Below are positions 37,926-50,464 of a DNA stretch of 64,000 nt, one piece after another. The translations under genes were made by a program, and so were the position numbers. The stretch lies in assembly GCA_013265495.1 (NCBI GenBank), contig MU058444.1, positions 186,001 to 250,000 on the forward strand, in the 5' to 3' direction. The stretch's first letter is position 1. Each line of letters opens with the position of its first letter. The stretch comes from Vicugna vicugna (Eukaryota). Below the pieces are notes generated by a model. That model did not search any database and was not told the origin of the DNA. It saw only the letters and a list, made by a program, of their open reading frames with translations.

Positions 37926-38632
37926 GCAGAGGTTCTGGGGAGGGAAGGGGTCACAGGGCAATTCCCCTACCTGAAAATGTCAGGGAATTGACTTAAACTA
38001 CACGCTTTCTGCTGCTAGATGTGGACAGTAGCAGCTCTGAGGAAGTGAGGCCTACTGAGAGCGCAGCCCCTCCCCCAGGGGTGCTGGTGGGTGATTGGAA
38101 AAGCTTGCTGGGTGCCTGATACCATCCCCCCTCTTCTGAGCCTTCAGGAAGTCCATTTCTAGAAAACTGGATCTACCCATTTACATATTGTACATTCCCG
38201 CCAGCTTCTGCTCTGTCGGACTGTTGTCTCGCTCACGTTACATCCCAGGACTTAGCATAGTGCCTGGCACCTGGGTGTGCAAATGTTTTACGAGTCAAAT
38301 GACCTCATTTGCTGTTGTTGACTGCATGAGGTGTGGTTTGTCACTGACATTTCAGGTGTGGAATAAGGAGGCCTCACAAGATGAAGTCACTTGGTCATGT
38401 CACATGGCTCAGAAGTGACTCGGCAAAGCCTCTGCCCCGAGGTCCAGGCAGGGCTCTTCCCCAGCACACGGCCTCTGCTCACTCCTGAGCTGCCACCACC
38501 ATCGAAAGGCTGGATAGGAGGATAATTGAGCAACTGGCTGCAGCAAAAAGATTTCGCTCAGTGGAACTCAATGTGCCCCCGAAGATTTGTGCAGCTTGCC
38601 TGCTTCTGCTGACAGGCTGCCCACCCCCCCAC

Positions 38633-38720
38633 CCAAGGGGAGGTAATTAGATTGATTGATTGATTGATTGATTGATAGTTTTAGGGGAGGTACTGGGGAT
38701 TGAACCTGTGCTATATCCTC
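38633..38720 (-). mobile_element. vic-1-like SINE with internal deletion and (GATT)n spacer
   Basis: GGGGAGGTAATTAG(ATTG)n...GGAGGTACTGGGGATTGAACC|TGTGCTATATCCTCC. Confidence 0.75.
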
Positions 38721-41136
38721 CTTCGAACCTAACAGACTTTAAGTATCAGGGGACAAGAATATGAGGATGGGGCAGATTCACGTTGGACTCAGTCCAGAAA
38801 GAGACTCCGGCTTGGAGGGGAAAAGAGGAGGTGTGACTTCCCGAAGGAGATGTGTGTGTCATCTTTCCTGATAAGCCTCACCACTTTGATTCGATTAAAT
38901 AGGGAGTTTGTTTTCACACAAAACGTGTTTTCACACGTTTCTTGTCTGAATAATATGATTTTTTTCAAACAGGAAATTACAACCTTCACTGTTCTTTAGG
39001 ACTTTCATTAACCAGAACACTGACAGCTGGGTATTGGATTCAATATAGAGACCAGACACTAAGGAGAAAGGGGGGGAATGCTGAGGAAGGAGGTGGGGGC
39101 TAGCGAGGAAATTTTGTGATTGCAAAATGTCGAGATGGGGCATATGGGAACCTGGCTCCTCTGTGGTCTCCGCACAGACCGTGTTTTCCTGAACTGGAAA
39201 CACCTAGTACCCACTCGAGAACTTGGACTCCACTGGCCAGAGCTCCCCTGGGGAGCCCGTAGCTTCCAGAGCTTGCGGATCTGAGAGTAGAGACAGGAAG
39301 ACCTTGAGAAGCCAGGGAAGCTAGAGTGAGTTTTCTCAACAGGCATGTTCTAGGGGAGGGTGATTCCAATTACAGATTTGTCTTTGTGAAATGAGCTGCA
39401 GTTAGAAAGAGGTACAGATCATTAGGAGGGCAAAGGACCGGCAGTCACAACGCCTGATTGGAATTGGTTTGATCAGTTCACTCTCTGGCAAATAACAGTG
39501 CGTCCGAAGAGGGGGTGGGTTGGGTTGAGTGTGCGTGGGCTTAACGCCACTCGGGGATGTGAAGGGCAGAGGCAACGTGAGGCAGGAGAGGGGTGCAGAG
39601 GACAGAAGGCACCGAGCGTGTCGATACAGGAAATTTGCTAACTGCTGATGGCACACCAGGAAAGGGGAAGGAATCCTCTTTCTCTTGCCACAGACCTGGA
39701 CGCCTTCCTGGACCTTCCTGGGTCAAACTCTCCTTTCCCTTCTCTGTGCTCAGGGTTCTTTGTTAATCCTCTGTCATGGCTGTCCTCGGGTTTATCTGAA
39801 CTGACCCATTGACTGAAGCCCACCGAGGGAAATAACACTTAATGTGAATCAAACACACTGGCTACTTTCTAAATGATCTCACCTCAATCTTATAAAAATC
39901 CTGCAGGGCAAGATCTACCACCATCTCCGGGAAACCAAGCCTTAGAAAGGGAGATATTTGGTTCCGATTCACAGAGCACCAAGGAGCAGAGCAGACATTC
40001 AAATCCAGTTCTCTCTAAATCCAAAATCTGTCCTCCAGAGACCGCCTGCGTCTTGTGAGGTCTGGAATCCTGCCTTGCACCTCATTTTTCCCTCAGAGGA
40101 ACCTGCATGTGGCAAGTGCACCACACGTATTTATTGAATTGATTTCGAGTTTGTCGATCTTTGTGTGGTGGGCGTGTGTGTCCGTTTTTACTGAACTGAC
40201 CTCAGGGTCAGTGAGAACATATGCTACCAGGGATACACCAGATGCGAATCCTGTCTCTTCTCAGACTCTCTCCCACATTCCTATACTTTAGCCTGAATTT
40301 GGACTAAAGGCCACACTTCAGGCCATGGGAGCTGGCTCCCTGGGAGCCTCTGCAGCGCCAGGTCACACAAGACTGAAAGGTGAGGGGAATTAGATCCTGG
40401 TGGGATGAAACTCAGTCAAGGGTAATGGGAGAGAGGAGGGAGCCAGGCAGGTAAACTTTGTCCTTCCTTTTCTTGAACCCTTGTGGAGAAGGTTTCCAAA
40501 GCTGGAGAACAGAATCATGCTGAGCAAAGTGGTGGCCAGCAAGGTAGCGCATTGCCTCGCCTGGCCCTGCCCGCTTCCTCACCTCCCCTCCTTTTCTCCT
40601 CGCCTGCACCGCCCTGAGATTTCACCTCCCGAGCAAAACATCAGCACTAAGACAAGGAATAAGGACATTATATGTCACAACAGGAATAACCCAAGGAACT
40701 AGCAAACATGCACGTATATGTACCTAGCAACAGAGACGTGAAATAGAAAGATAAACATTGATGCCACAGGGAGAGATGGCCAAATTCTCAATCACAATGG
40801 GAGAGATTTTAACACACCTCTCTCACAGGCTGATAGAAAGATTTCAGTACTTCTCCTTTTGAAGCTGAAAGATCAAGAAAAAAGAAATTCTATATCAGAT
40901 TTAAGTGAGAAAAAAAATACAAAATATCTTTGAACACCCAAAGGAGACTGGAATTCTGTTAAACAATTACAGCATACTTTCTGTGGAGATATAGGTTTGG
41001 GAATTCAAGAAATTGTCAGGACATGACAGCTGTGTAAGTAGGGAGAGTCCTTTCCCTGGGGAAGTCAGTGCTAGGAGCTGTGGCTCCTGTGGTTCCCCTG
41101 TGCAGGTAGTCGTGGCCCCAGGCTCCTGACTCACTC

Positions 41137-41690
41137 TGCTGCAGGAGAATGGGGCACAAGAGGGTGGTCATGTCCCAGGTCTCTGTTGAGTCCCTGGGAT
41201 GGGCCACTGAGCGAGGGTCCTTGGCTTCCAGCAGGAAAGAATTCAAGAGCAAGCTATGGTAAAGTGGAAGCAAATTTATTTAGAGAGATACACATTCCAT
41301 AGATAGAAAGCAGTCCTGTTTCAGAAGGGAGAGCAGTCCCAGGGTGCAGGGGTGGTTAGTTTTTATGGCTGGGTAATTTCTTATGCAAACAAGTGGGAGG
41401 ATTAGTCCAACTATTTTGGGGAATTAGTGGGGATTTCCAGGAATTAGGTCACCATCCACTTTCTGGCCTTTTATGGTCAGCCTCTGAGCTGTCATGGCGC
41501 CTGTGGGAGTGTCATTCAGCGGCTGATGTATTACCATGGGTGCATAATGAGGCCCAAGGTCAACTGGAAGTTGACTCTTCTGCCATCTTGGGTTAAGCTG
41601 GTGCTAACCAGTTTATGTCCCATCCTGTTTTTGTCAATGGCTGTGTCATTCTTTTAGTGGTTGTGCCCTGCCCCCTTCCCTCTGGTCTCA
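41137..41690 (-). mobile_element. Solo ERV1 LTR, MER41-like, 554 bp
   Basis: TG...CA termini; perfect 4-bp TSD ACTC (41133-36 / 41691-94); minus-strand AATAAA at 41275-80; AGGAAAGAATTCAAGAGCAAG and TGTCATGGCGCCTGTGGGAGTGTC motifs of MER41-type LTRs. Confidence 0.85.
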
Positions 41691-42658
41691 ACTCTGCAAG
41701 TAAAATCTCCCAAAGAAGCCAAACACTGCTGCTCAAAGCCCTCACCATGTGTCACAATAGAAGGTGGGCCTTCGAAGGTCTGTGGTCTTTGCTCCCAGCC
41801 TCCCACTCCTTTAACTCTCTCCTTGTGTTGAGTCCCCACTTTCCTTGCAAAGTTAACTCTGATCACTTCCAGAGAACTGTGAGAAAATTGTTCTGATGCT
41901 AACGCCTTCACTGAGTTACACGTTCAAGATTCTTGGTGGTCTTTTCCGAGGGAATAAGCATAAAATTTCGCCCTGTCGAGGTTTTTCTCCTCTACTGTAT
42001 ATATTCAGTTGCTATTAATTTGAATTCCTTTCTCCATGAACAACTTGCTGTTTGGCATTTTCCAAGGACACATGTTATTAATTAGAAAACAACACTTTTT
42101 TATTTCTTTCTCATTATAAAAGCAATCCTTGTTCACTGTAGAAAACTTAGTAAATACAGAAAAGCAGAAAGAAGAAAATAAAATGCATTCATTATCCTAC
42201 CTCTCAGGGGCGGCCACTTTGGCATTTTATTTTAACCCCGTGACAACTTTTTGAAGTATGCTGACCAGATTTTCTGACGTCTGCAGGCCTGGCTTCTCCT
42301 CCACCTCCATCCTTTCCGGGTGGAGAAAAGACCACCCTCCAGCCCCTCCCCCATTTCCTCTACATCTGCCATTCATCACTGAGGAACGAACAGCTCCCCC
42401 AAATTAAAATTGTAAATGTCATTATGAATATGGTATTAACTCAGAAAACTTCGGTGGGACAGAGCCATAGGTGAAGATGTGACTTTGCCCATCAGATTTG
42501 ATATTGAAGGCAACTGCTAGCGCAAGTCATCTGAGGAATGAATTGGGTGAGAATCAGGGAAGAGTTCTAGGCTTGCCCCCAAATCTCACTCTCCCCAGTT
42601 TTACAGAGTCAACAGTCCAGACCTCTCTAGAGCAAAGGCTGTCTTGTTCACTGTATTC

Positions 42659-42926
42659 TAATAATGGTACAGCGCACACGTCACTTACTGTATACCAAAC
42701 CCTGTTAGAAGCACTTTATATATGTTACATTCATTGAGTTTTCACAGTCATCCTATGACAGAAGCACTGGCGCTACCACTCCCATTTCACAGATGAGAAT
42801 ACTGAGGCACCAGAAAGCTTAAGTGACTTGCTCCACGTCTCGAAGCTAACAAGAAACAGAGCTGGGATTTGAACCCTGACAGTCCGTTTCTAGACTCTGC
42901 TCTCTCACACCGCTATTCAATGCTGC
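42659..42926 (-). mobile_element. Near full-length MIR
   Basis: CCCATTTCACAGATGAGAATACTGAGGCAC...AAGTGACTTGCTCCACGTC...GAGCTGGGATTTGAACCC. Confidence 0.85.
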
Positions 42927-43997
42927 ATCCAAAGTGATTTCATGTGCTTTAAGTTGTGATTTCCACAGCCTGGGATGTGAGACAAGTTTAGGTGGTTCAT
43001 GGAGGAAGTTTTTAAAATACCATGTGTTTAACGTGTGTTAGAAAAAAAAAAATCTTGCACAAAGGTGATGCCACAAATGTTTTCACCTAGGGTGAATCAA
43101 GTTTAAAAGTCAACTCCAAACAATTATTAATAACAGTACCAATGGTTGCAGAAGGTTGCAAAAATAGTAAAAGTGATGGGCTCATTAAATCTTTAATTTA
43201 AAAGTCAAAGGCGAGACCCCACCTCCAGCTCAGTGAGACGCCTGCGGGAGGTTTCCCACCAGCAGAGGGTGATTCAAAGATGGCGGCTCAGATTCTCACC
43301 CATATTGTGACGTGAATGGGGACTCTGGTTGAACTTTACTCTCCCATAAATTACAATCCTATTATAGTCCTATTAGTTTTTTTAGACATTTTCTGCTTTG
43401 AAAAGTCCTCTGCCAGGTTTTCTTAGACTGAGGTCCTACCCAAGGAGCTAACAGTCATTCCATTACTAATCTTGACTCTAGCTGTATTGACTGGCTGAGA
43501 AATATTTAGAAATAATTCAGAATCGTGTACAGTTTTAATAACCAGTGCCTTGGCCATGGGCTGGTCACACAAGAGGCATACAGACCTCCCGGCAAGGGAA
43601 TCTGCCCCGAGAAAGGTCAAGGTCAGGGGGACAGTGTCTTGGCAGCTCAGATAGCCATTTGCAGTGGATAAAACACACATGTATTTTCAACAAAACGTGT
43701 GTTTTGTCTGTCCTTCCTTTAAACTTATGCTTCAGTGACACGATGCTGTAATCCTGCGAGGCTCTTGGCTGGACAGAAGTTGAAAGTATTTTTTCAGTTT
43801 TTTACAAGCTCCTCTTTATGACAATGCAGGAGGCATCTTTTTTTTTCTCTAGTCTCTGTTACCGAAATAGACTTTTATTTTAGGAAATTGTGAATACACT
43901 ACTTGTTTTGATGAATAAAACTTAGAGCCAACAAGGAGCCCTCTGCTTGCTAATCAGTGGCTGTCATCTCTCAGATACACAGACACTAGAGCTGCAG

Positions 43998-44367
43998 CTT
44001 TTTTTTTTTTAATTGAAGTAGAGTCAGTTTACAATGTTGGGTCAATTTCTAGTGCACAGCATCATGTTTCAGCCATGCATGTACATCCATACATTCCTTT
44101 TCATACTCTTTTTCATTGCAGGTTACTACAAGATATTGAATATAGTTCCCTGTGCTGTACAGTAGGACCTTGTTGTTTACCTATTTTATATATAGTGGTT
44201 AGTATCTGCAAATCTCTAACTCCTAGTTTATCCCTTCCTTCCTGCATCTGTCACCATAAGTTTGTTTTCTATGTCTGTGAGTCTGTCTCTGTTTTGTAAA
44301 TAAATTCATTTGTGTCTTTTCAAATACCATATGGTATCACTCATATGTGGAATCAAAAAAAAAAAAA
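43998..44367 (-). mobile_element. L1 insertion with 5' inversion (twin priming) and TSD
   Basis: TSD TAGAGCTGCAG at 43987-97 and 44368-78; antisense L1 3'UTR 43998-44320, then plus-orientation CAAATACCATATGGTATCACTCATATGTGGAATC(A)n. Confidence 0.88.
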
Positions 44368-45441
44368 TAGAGCTGCAGTTTTTGACTTCTGTTTTATCTC
44401 ATCATTTTCCCACTTATTTTTTTGTGTGGTTTGGATTCTTTATTCTTTTATTCAAAATTTGGTTTCCCCCATGACTCATAGGTCAGTATAATCCCTTTTA
44501 TGTCTTACATGAAATTACCCAGAATGTAAATAAGTAAAATCATTATTCCCCAGATACTAAATGTAAAATAGATTGTGACCCAAATCGCTAAGGGCAGGAA
44601 AAACGTAGAAAGTGGTTTTTGTTTTTTTTTTTACTGCCGATCACAGTTAATTTGGCTTCTGGGGCCAAACCTAATGTCTGCGTCGTTTCTAATCCAGCTC
44701 CCAGGCTAACATATTCATAGCCCGCTTGACAACTTGTTTCCCCCACCCCGTGCTTTCTGTCTCAATAGCAACACTAACTGCCTCATTCAAGCGAGGTTTT
44801 TTTCTTTTTCTTTTTTTTTTTATCTTAAACAGACTGCCCGATCTATTTTAGACGGGGTCTGCACATTTGTGGTACTAGGCATGATTCTCCTGTTCTGTTA
44901 CCGTTCATGGTCATTCTGATTAGAGATCTATTTAAAGCTTTAAAAAAAAAAAGTTGAAGAAATTCACAGCGCAGAGAAAGAAGTAGGGAAACCCAAGCGC
45001 GAGTCAAAACACTTCCCCGAGACTCGTGGGTAAAGGCCTAAATAAACATCTTTGCCACGTCCTTGAAAAACTATTTTTGGTGTAGCCTTTTAATTAAACT
45101 GTCCTCAGGACTTTTTCAGATGCCCGCTCCACCCTGTGTCCATTCTGAAGATGAGGGGAAGTTGCACATACATCTCAAGATTTCAGTGATGACTTGAGAC
45201 TCAAGTTTTATCTGCCCGGGGCACAGGGAGCTCCCGTGCGGGCTTCCAGGGGTCTCCGAACTGTTGTGTGCAGGCTTTTTAAGGATAGAAAAATAGGCTT
45301 TGGCTTCATTAGATTCTCAAAGTCTTTAGACACGAGTTAGGGAAGGTCTGTGGTCTCTTCAGGGCCAGCAATGCCCTTGGCACTCACCCTTTGACACTGA
45401 GCCAGTAAGGCCTTTCACTCTCAGCCCAGGTCAGCCCTCAG

Positions 45442-45514
45442 CTTTTTTTTTTATTGAATTATAGTTGATTTGCAATGTTGTGTTAATTTCTGGTGTACAG
45501 CATAGTGATTCAGG

Positions 45515-45547
<33 letters not shown>

Positions 45548-45816
45548 TTAGAATATATATATATATATTCACATTCGTTTTCATATTCTTTTTCATTATA
45601 GGCCATTACAAGATACTGAATATAGTTCTCCATGCTATATAGTAGGACCTTGTTTATTTATTTTATATATAAGTAATTAGTGTCTACAAATCTTGAACTC
45701 CCAATTTATACCTCCCAACCCACTCACCTCCTGGCCCCCCAACCAAAGAAAGTTTGTTTTCTTTCTTTTTAAAATTTATTTCTTCTTTCTTTCTCCCTTT
45801 CTCCCTTTCTTTCTCC

Positions 45817-45853
<37 letters not shown>

Positions 45854-45892
45854 TTCCTTCCTTCCTTCCTTCCTTCCTTCCTTCCTTCCTTC

Positions 45893-45941
<49 letters not shown>

Positions 45942-46481
45942 TTTCTTTCTTTCTTTCTTTTGGAGGGGGCAGTAATTAGGTTTATTTATTTATTTAATTA
46001 ATTGCTTTTTAAAAATGGAGGTACAGGGGGTTGAATCTAGACCCTCGTGCATGCTAAGCGCACACCCTACCACTGAGCTACACCTCCCTCCTCCATAAGG
46101 AGATCTTCTTTGTCTGTGAGTCTGTCTCTGTTCTATAAATAAATCCATTTGTGTTCCTTTTTTTAAAAAAACTTTTTTTATTGAATTATAGTCATTTTAC
46201 AATGTTGTGTCAAATTCCAGTGTAGAGCACAATTTTTCAGTTATACATGGACATACATATATTCATTGTCACATTTTTTCACTGTGAGCTACCACAAGAT
46301 CTTGTATACATTTCCCTGTGCTATACAGTATAGTCTTGTTTATCTGTTCTACATATGCCTGTCAGTATCTACAAATTTTGAAATCCCAGTCTAGGGAGCA
46401 GCTTTTTGGAGAGAGGTACCCACCCCCCACCCCCTTGGCAACCACAAGTTTATATTCTATGTCTACACCCAGTCATCTGCC
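45442..46481 (-). mobile_element. Composite: L1 3'UTR containing a SINE with (CTTT/CCTT)n tail and a second L1 3' end
   Basis: Outer TSD GGTCAGCC(C/A)TCAG at 45429-41 and 46482-94; SINE about 45760-46095; second L1 about 46172-46465. Confidence 0.8.
45778..45961. repeat. (CTTT)n/(CCTT)n polypyrimidine microsatellite
   Basis: Directly visible, about 180 bp of pure pyrimidine. Confidence 0.95.
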
Positions 46482-46879
46482 GGTCAGCCATCAGTTCTTA
46501 AACACGCTTGTCCGCAAGGACCAGGGGCCGTGGGGGACAAGGATAGCTCTGGGGTGCCCAGGCCTCCCAGGAGTTATAGTCTGATCAAACCTTCACATGC
46601 AAGACAGTCAACTATGGATCTCACTCAGCTGCAGGTTCTCATCTAGTCACTGTGGAGTGGGCCCAACATTCTCCACTTTCTCAGGCATAGAAACAATAAT
46701 TATTAGCAGTATCACCTACTTTACATGTGTGCCTGACTTGCAGCAAACAAACTCCATGTTGGCAAATCTGGATTTATTAAACAGGTAAAACAGGTTTGCC
46801 GTAGTAAGGAAGGCACCGTTGTGGCACATCGGGTCCCCTGCTCCGCTGCACACTGCAGTCAGCTGGGAATCTTTAAAGT

Positions 46880-47012
46880 CTGTTCATGCCTGGTCCCCAC
46901 CCCCTGACATGCTGATTAATTGGTAAGGATGCCACCCGAGCAGGGCATGGGGACTGACAAGCTCCCCAGGAAATTCTAGAAAACAGCAAAGCTTAGGAGC
47001 CACTGATCTAAT
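46880..47012. mobile_element. MER5-like hAT-Charlie remnant
   Basis: TGCCTGGTCCCCACCCCCTGACATGCTGATTAATTGG...AAGCTCCCCAGG...TTAGGAGCCACTGATCTA. Confidence 0.65.
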
Positions 47013-47825
47013 AGCCACCATCACTGCCTCATAACTTCTGAAAGCGATCAGCAAAGTTATGATAGAAAACTTGACCTGCCTGAGCCCTGAGCCTTCTACC
47101 GGACGGGACCTTCCGAGCATTCAGCTCAAAAACTTCCCACCCATTTTCTATCAGTTTCTCCATAACGTTTTCTAGGACTTAACTGGTACCTCTCTCCAAA
47201 AAGCTGCTCCCTGGATTTTGGAAGCAGCTGGGAGGTTAGATGGATGTTAGGCGCAGAGGACCTTGCCTGAGGCCGCCGTGGTACGTGCTCAGCCAACCGC
47301 TTTATCACGAGGTTTCAGTGTCCTGGCCGCCAGGGGAGGGTTGGCTGGAAGAGCCCAGCAGCCTCCATCATTGTCTAAGTATCCTGGGTCCCGCGATGAT
47401 CATTTTACAGGGAGGCTTTGAAGTAAATCGTCTTAAAGGTAGTGGAATTACTATTAAACTTCGATTTCCAAGATCTCTTACTCTTAAAAACAAATCAACA
47501 GGTGAATAATGTGACATAATGGCATAAGTTCTTACTTTTTTAATCGATGTTCTGGTATTTTTAAATTTACCCACTGTGAATAAATTGGCATTGCTAAGTC
47601 TGTTAAACAGAATAAATGAATTCCCTTCCCTCTTCCCCCTTTAATTGGTTAAAATCATTAGGAATCGCTTTGGATAACTTGTTAGCACAACAGGTAAGAT
47701 TAAGAACGTAATTGTTCATTTAGGGAAGGCAGAGATTTTGTGAGGCTTTTAAAGGTAAGAATAAAATAATGAAATGTGTGTTACCAAACTGAGTACAATC
47801 TACATCAATACTTCACCATTTACAG

Positions 47826-48049
47826 CAGTGATTCTCAGCTGGCTCAGCTGGGGACGATTTTGCCCCCCAGGGGCCATTTGGTAAAGTCTAAAGACATTTC
47901 TGGATGTCACAGCTCAGGAGAGGGATGGTATTGGCATCTACTGGGTAGAGACGGGGATGCTGGTAAACCTCCTATGATGCACAGGACACCCTCCCCAGCA
48001 AAGAGTTCTCCAACCTACAATGCGAATAGTGCCAAGGTGGACAAACTCG
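47826..48049 (+). mobile_element. MER20 hAT-Charlie DNA transposon
   Basis: CAGTGATTCTCA...GATTTTGCCCCCCAGGGGCCATTTGG...TGGCATCTACTGGGTAGAG...AATAGTGCCAAGGT. Confidence 0.9.
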
Positions 48050-49539
48050 GATTTCAAGATGCAGACAGGGTGGTTCAAACCTGTCTTCGAGCTTCTAAAG
48101 TGAAGTGTTCTATGGGTGTATGAACTGAGTTCTTGTTAAAAGCGAATAAAAAAATAAAAGTCACCACGTGAAGCTTCTCTGCATCTCCTAGGGATAGAGG
48201 TGGTGGCATTCATCTAATGGTAACGTCATCACCACTTCTGACTTTATTTTGGAGCACAGAGCTTAATTATACACGACAGCACCCATGGTGAGAAAAGAAA
48301 ACTGCCATGATGGGCAAGAAGAAATAACCACTGTCCAAAGTCCTGGAAAAGTTTGGACAACAAAGGTGGGTAGCCAGCGGGCACTGAAGCAGGTAACTGT
48401 CACCTTGTTCCCAAAACTGCCGAACCCTCCTGGCGGCAGCTGGCATCAGCCCGCTGTGTCAAAAGGACCTTGTTGAGTAAAGCCTGTAATTGCCAGCGGG
48501 TTCTCTGGGCAAGAGTGGGAGAGAAAGAGCTGGAAATTTCCATCACCCTGTGAATTGCTGAAACACAGAACACAAAGGGGAGGTGGACGTGACAGCTTTT
48601 AAGCAGACAGCTGCTCGAGGTGAGCCAGGAATAGAGTGACCCTGCACATGCTCAGTGAGCCCAGAAGAGGATACTTTGCTTCGTTCCATTAGATGCAGAT
48701 GCTGCTCACTGAGCATCACTGACTTGTGTGCTTCTGAGTGAGATGTCTTGCGATTTCTCTTGCATTGCCTATAAATACATCACAGAATTTACAGCTTAGT
48801 AGAATGATAGTCCATTAGAAATAGAAGGAGATAAAGAAATGAATGGTGGAGACTGTTGACTCCTGCACAGAAGAGAAGAGAGAAGATTCTGAAATATACA
48901 AAGCATCAGAGACCTTTGGGTCAGTGAATGACAGGTACCTGCTCTTTCCTCCTCCAGACTGAAAACATCCTAATTATTTAGCATTGCCTCAGTGCTCTTC
49001 TAGTAGATAAGGGATGGGAGGTAAGACACTAAAAATGAAGGAAGTGTGTCTGGCGGGACAGTTTTGGGGAGAGGCATACCGCTGGGGGAACACTCCAGAA
49101 TGGTTTCCAGAGGCTGGTTTCCAGGGTTCAAAGGTGAGTGGCCAGGGATGGGGGTACCTATGTCCCAGCCCGAATGCAGCTTGGTCTAAATTAGGAAAGA
49201 GGTCCCTTCCTCAAGACTCTTCTCTGCTGTCTTCCAGAAAATTGTCATGATAATGACACAAGCGTCCCGTGACTACTGTGTCGGCCCCCACCCCCAAGCA
49301 GTGCACAGCACAACCTGCAAAATCAGAAAGAAGCAGCTTTGGGGAGAATGACAAAGGTCGTCAAAGGCTGAAATTGTAAAATTCAGTGGTCCTAGCTCAT
49401 CCCTAGTTAATGAGAGAATGCTCTTTCTTCATAGGACAAAGCCAGCTATGACAGATTTAGGAGAAAGGATGGAGCTTGAAAAGCATCATTTTTTTTTTTT
49501 GCAGCTCTCATTTAAATAACTGATGTGGGGGAGGTGGGA

Positions 49540-49632
49540 GGGGGACATAGCTCAGCTGTAGAGCGCACACTTAGCATGCGTGAGGTCCTGGGTTCAATCC
49601 CCAGTACCTCTGTTAGGGGGAAAAAAAAAAAA
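49540..49632 (+). mobile_element. tRNA-Ala-derived SINE (vic-1-like)
   Basis: ATAGCTCAGCTGTAGAGCGCACACTTAGCATGCGTGAGGTCCTGGGTTCAATCCCCAGTACCTC followed by an A-tail. Confidence 0.88.
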
Positions 49633-50263
49633 GAAAGTTACTGTAGAACAACTTGAAAAAAGTTTGTCTTCCAGAAGAATCTCCTTCACACCACTTCACA
49701 CACACTTCAGTGGATAGGGAAGGTGAATCTTCCTGACTTGAAGAGAGCCGAAAGTATCATTTCCCTCTGTTTCTTCTCCATTTCTAGACATGTCAGATGC
49801 GGTTTGGTTTTGGTTTTTTGTTTTTGCTTTCTCGTCACTGCGCATTTCCAAATGTCGCCCCTTCTTACCATTAGCTTTGGGGTTCATGCCATTCTAGTGC
49901 ATTTCACCTGCATTTCCTTTCCTGGGCCTCTCCTCCCACCCCAAGCTGCCAATTCGTTTCAGAGCTACTTGTACCATGAAGATGGAGAAAGTGGGCCACT
50001 CTTCAAAGAGCAGGATGGAGAGAGGGGACCAGAGAAGGCATCTGTGGACAGTGATGGACTGAAGGAGTGAGAGATCAGAGATGAGATGAAGGAATCTGGT
50101 GGCCACCACATTAACCAAGGAATCACACTTAGCATCGCTCATTGCCTGCAGAGGCGTTAAACAGAGTACACAGCATCACCTATGAAGAACGCCTCCCAGA
50201 AGTGCTTACTGTGAATCTAATCAAACCTTTTCCTAGGAAATACAAGAGATAAAGAAACAAGAG

Positions 50264-50427
50264 CACTATATTCAATATCTTATAATAGCCTATAATGAAA
50301 AAGAATATGAAATATACATAAACATATAACTGAATCACTATGCTGTACACCTGAAACTAACACAACGTTGTAAACCAACTTCAATGAAAAAGAGAGAAAG
50401 AGAGAAGGAGAGAAAGAGAGAAAGAAA

Positions 50428-50464
<37 letters not shown>

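Noticed and set aside
45693..46001. Phe/Leu/Ser-rich membrane-like ORFs
   Set aside because: Translation of the (CTTT)n microsatellite
48285..48476. ATG-initiated 63-aa ORF with internal CAG|GTAACT donor as a first coding exon
   Set aside because: No recognisable homology or promoter context; such signals arise by chance
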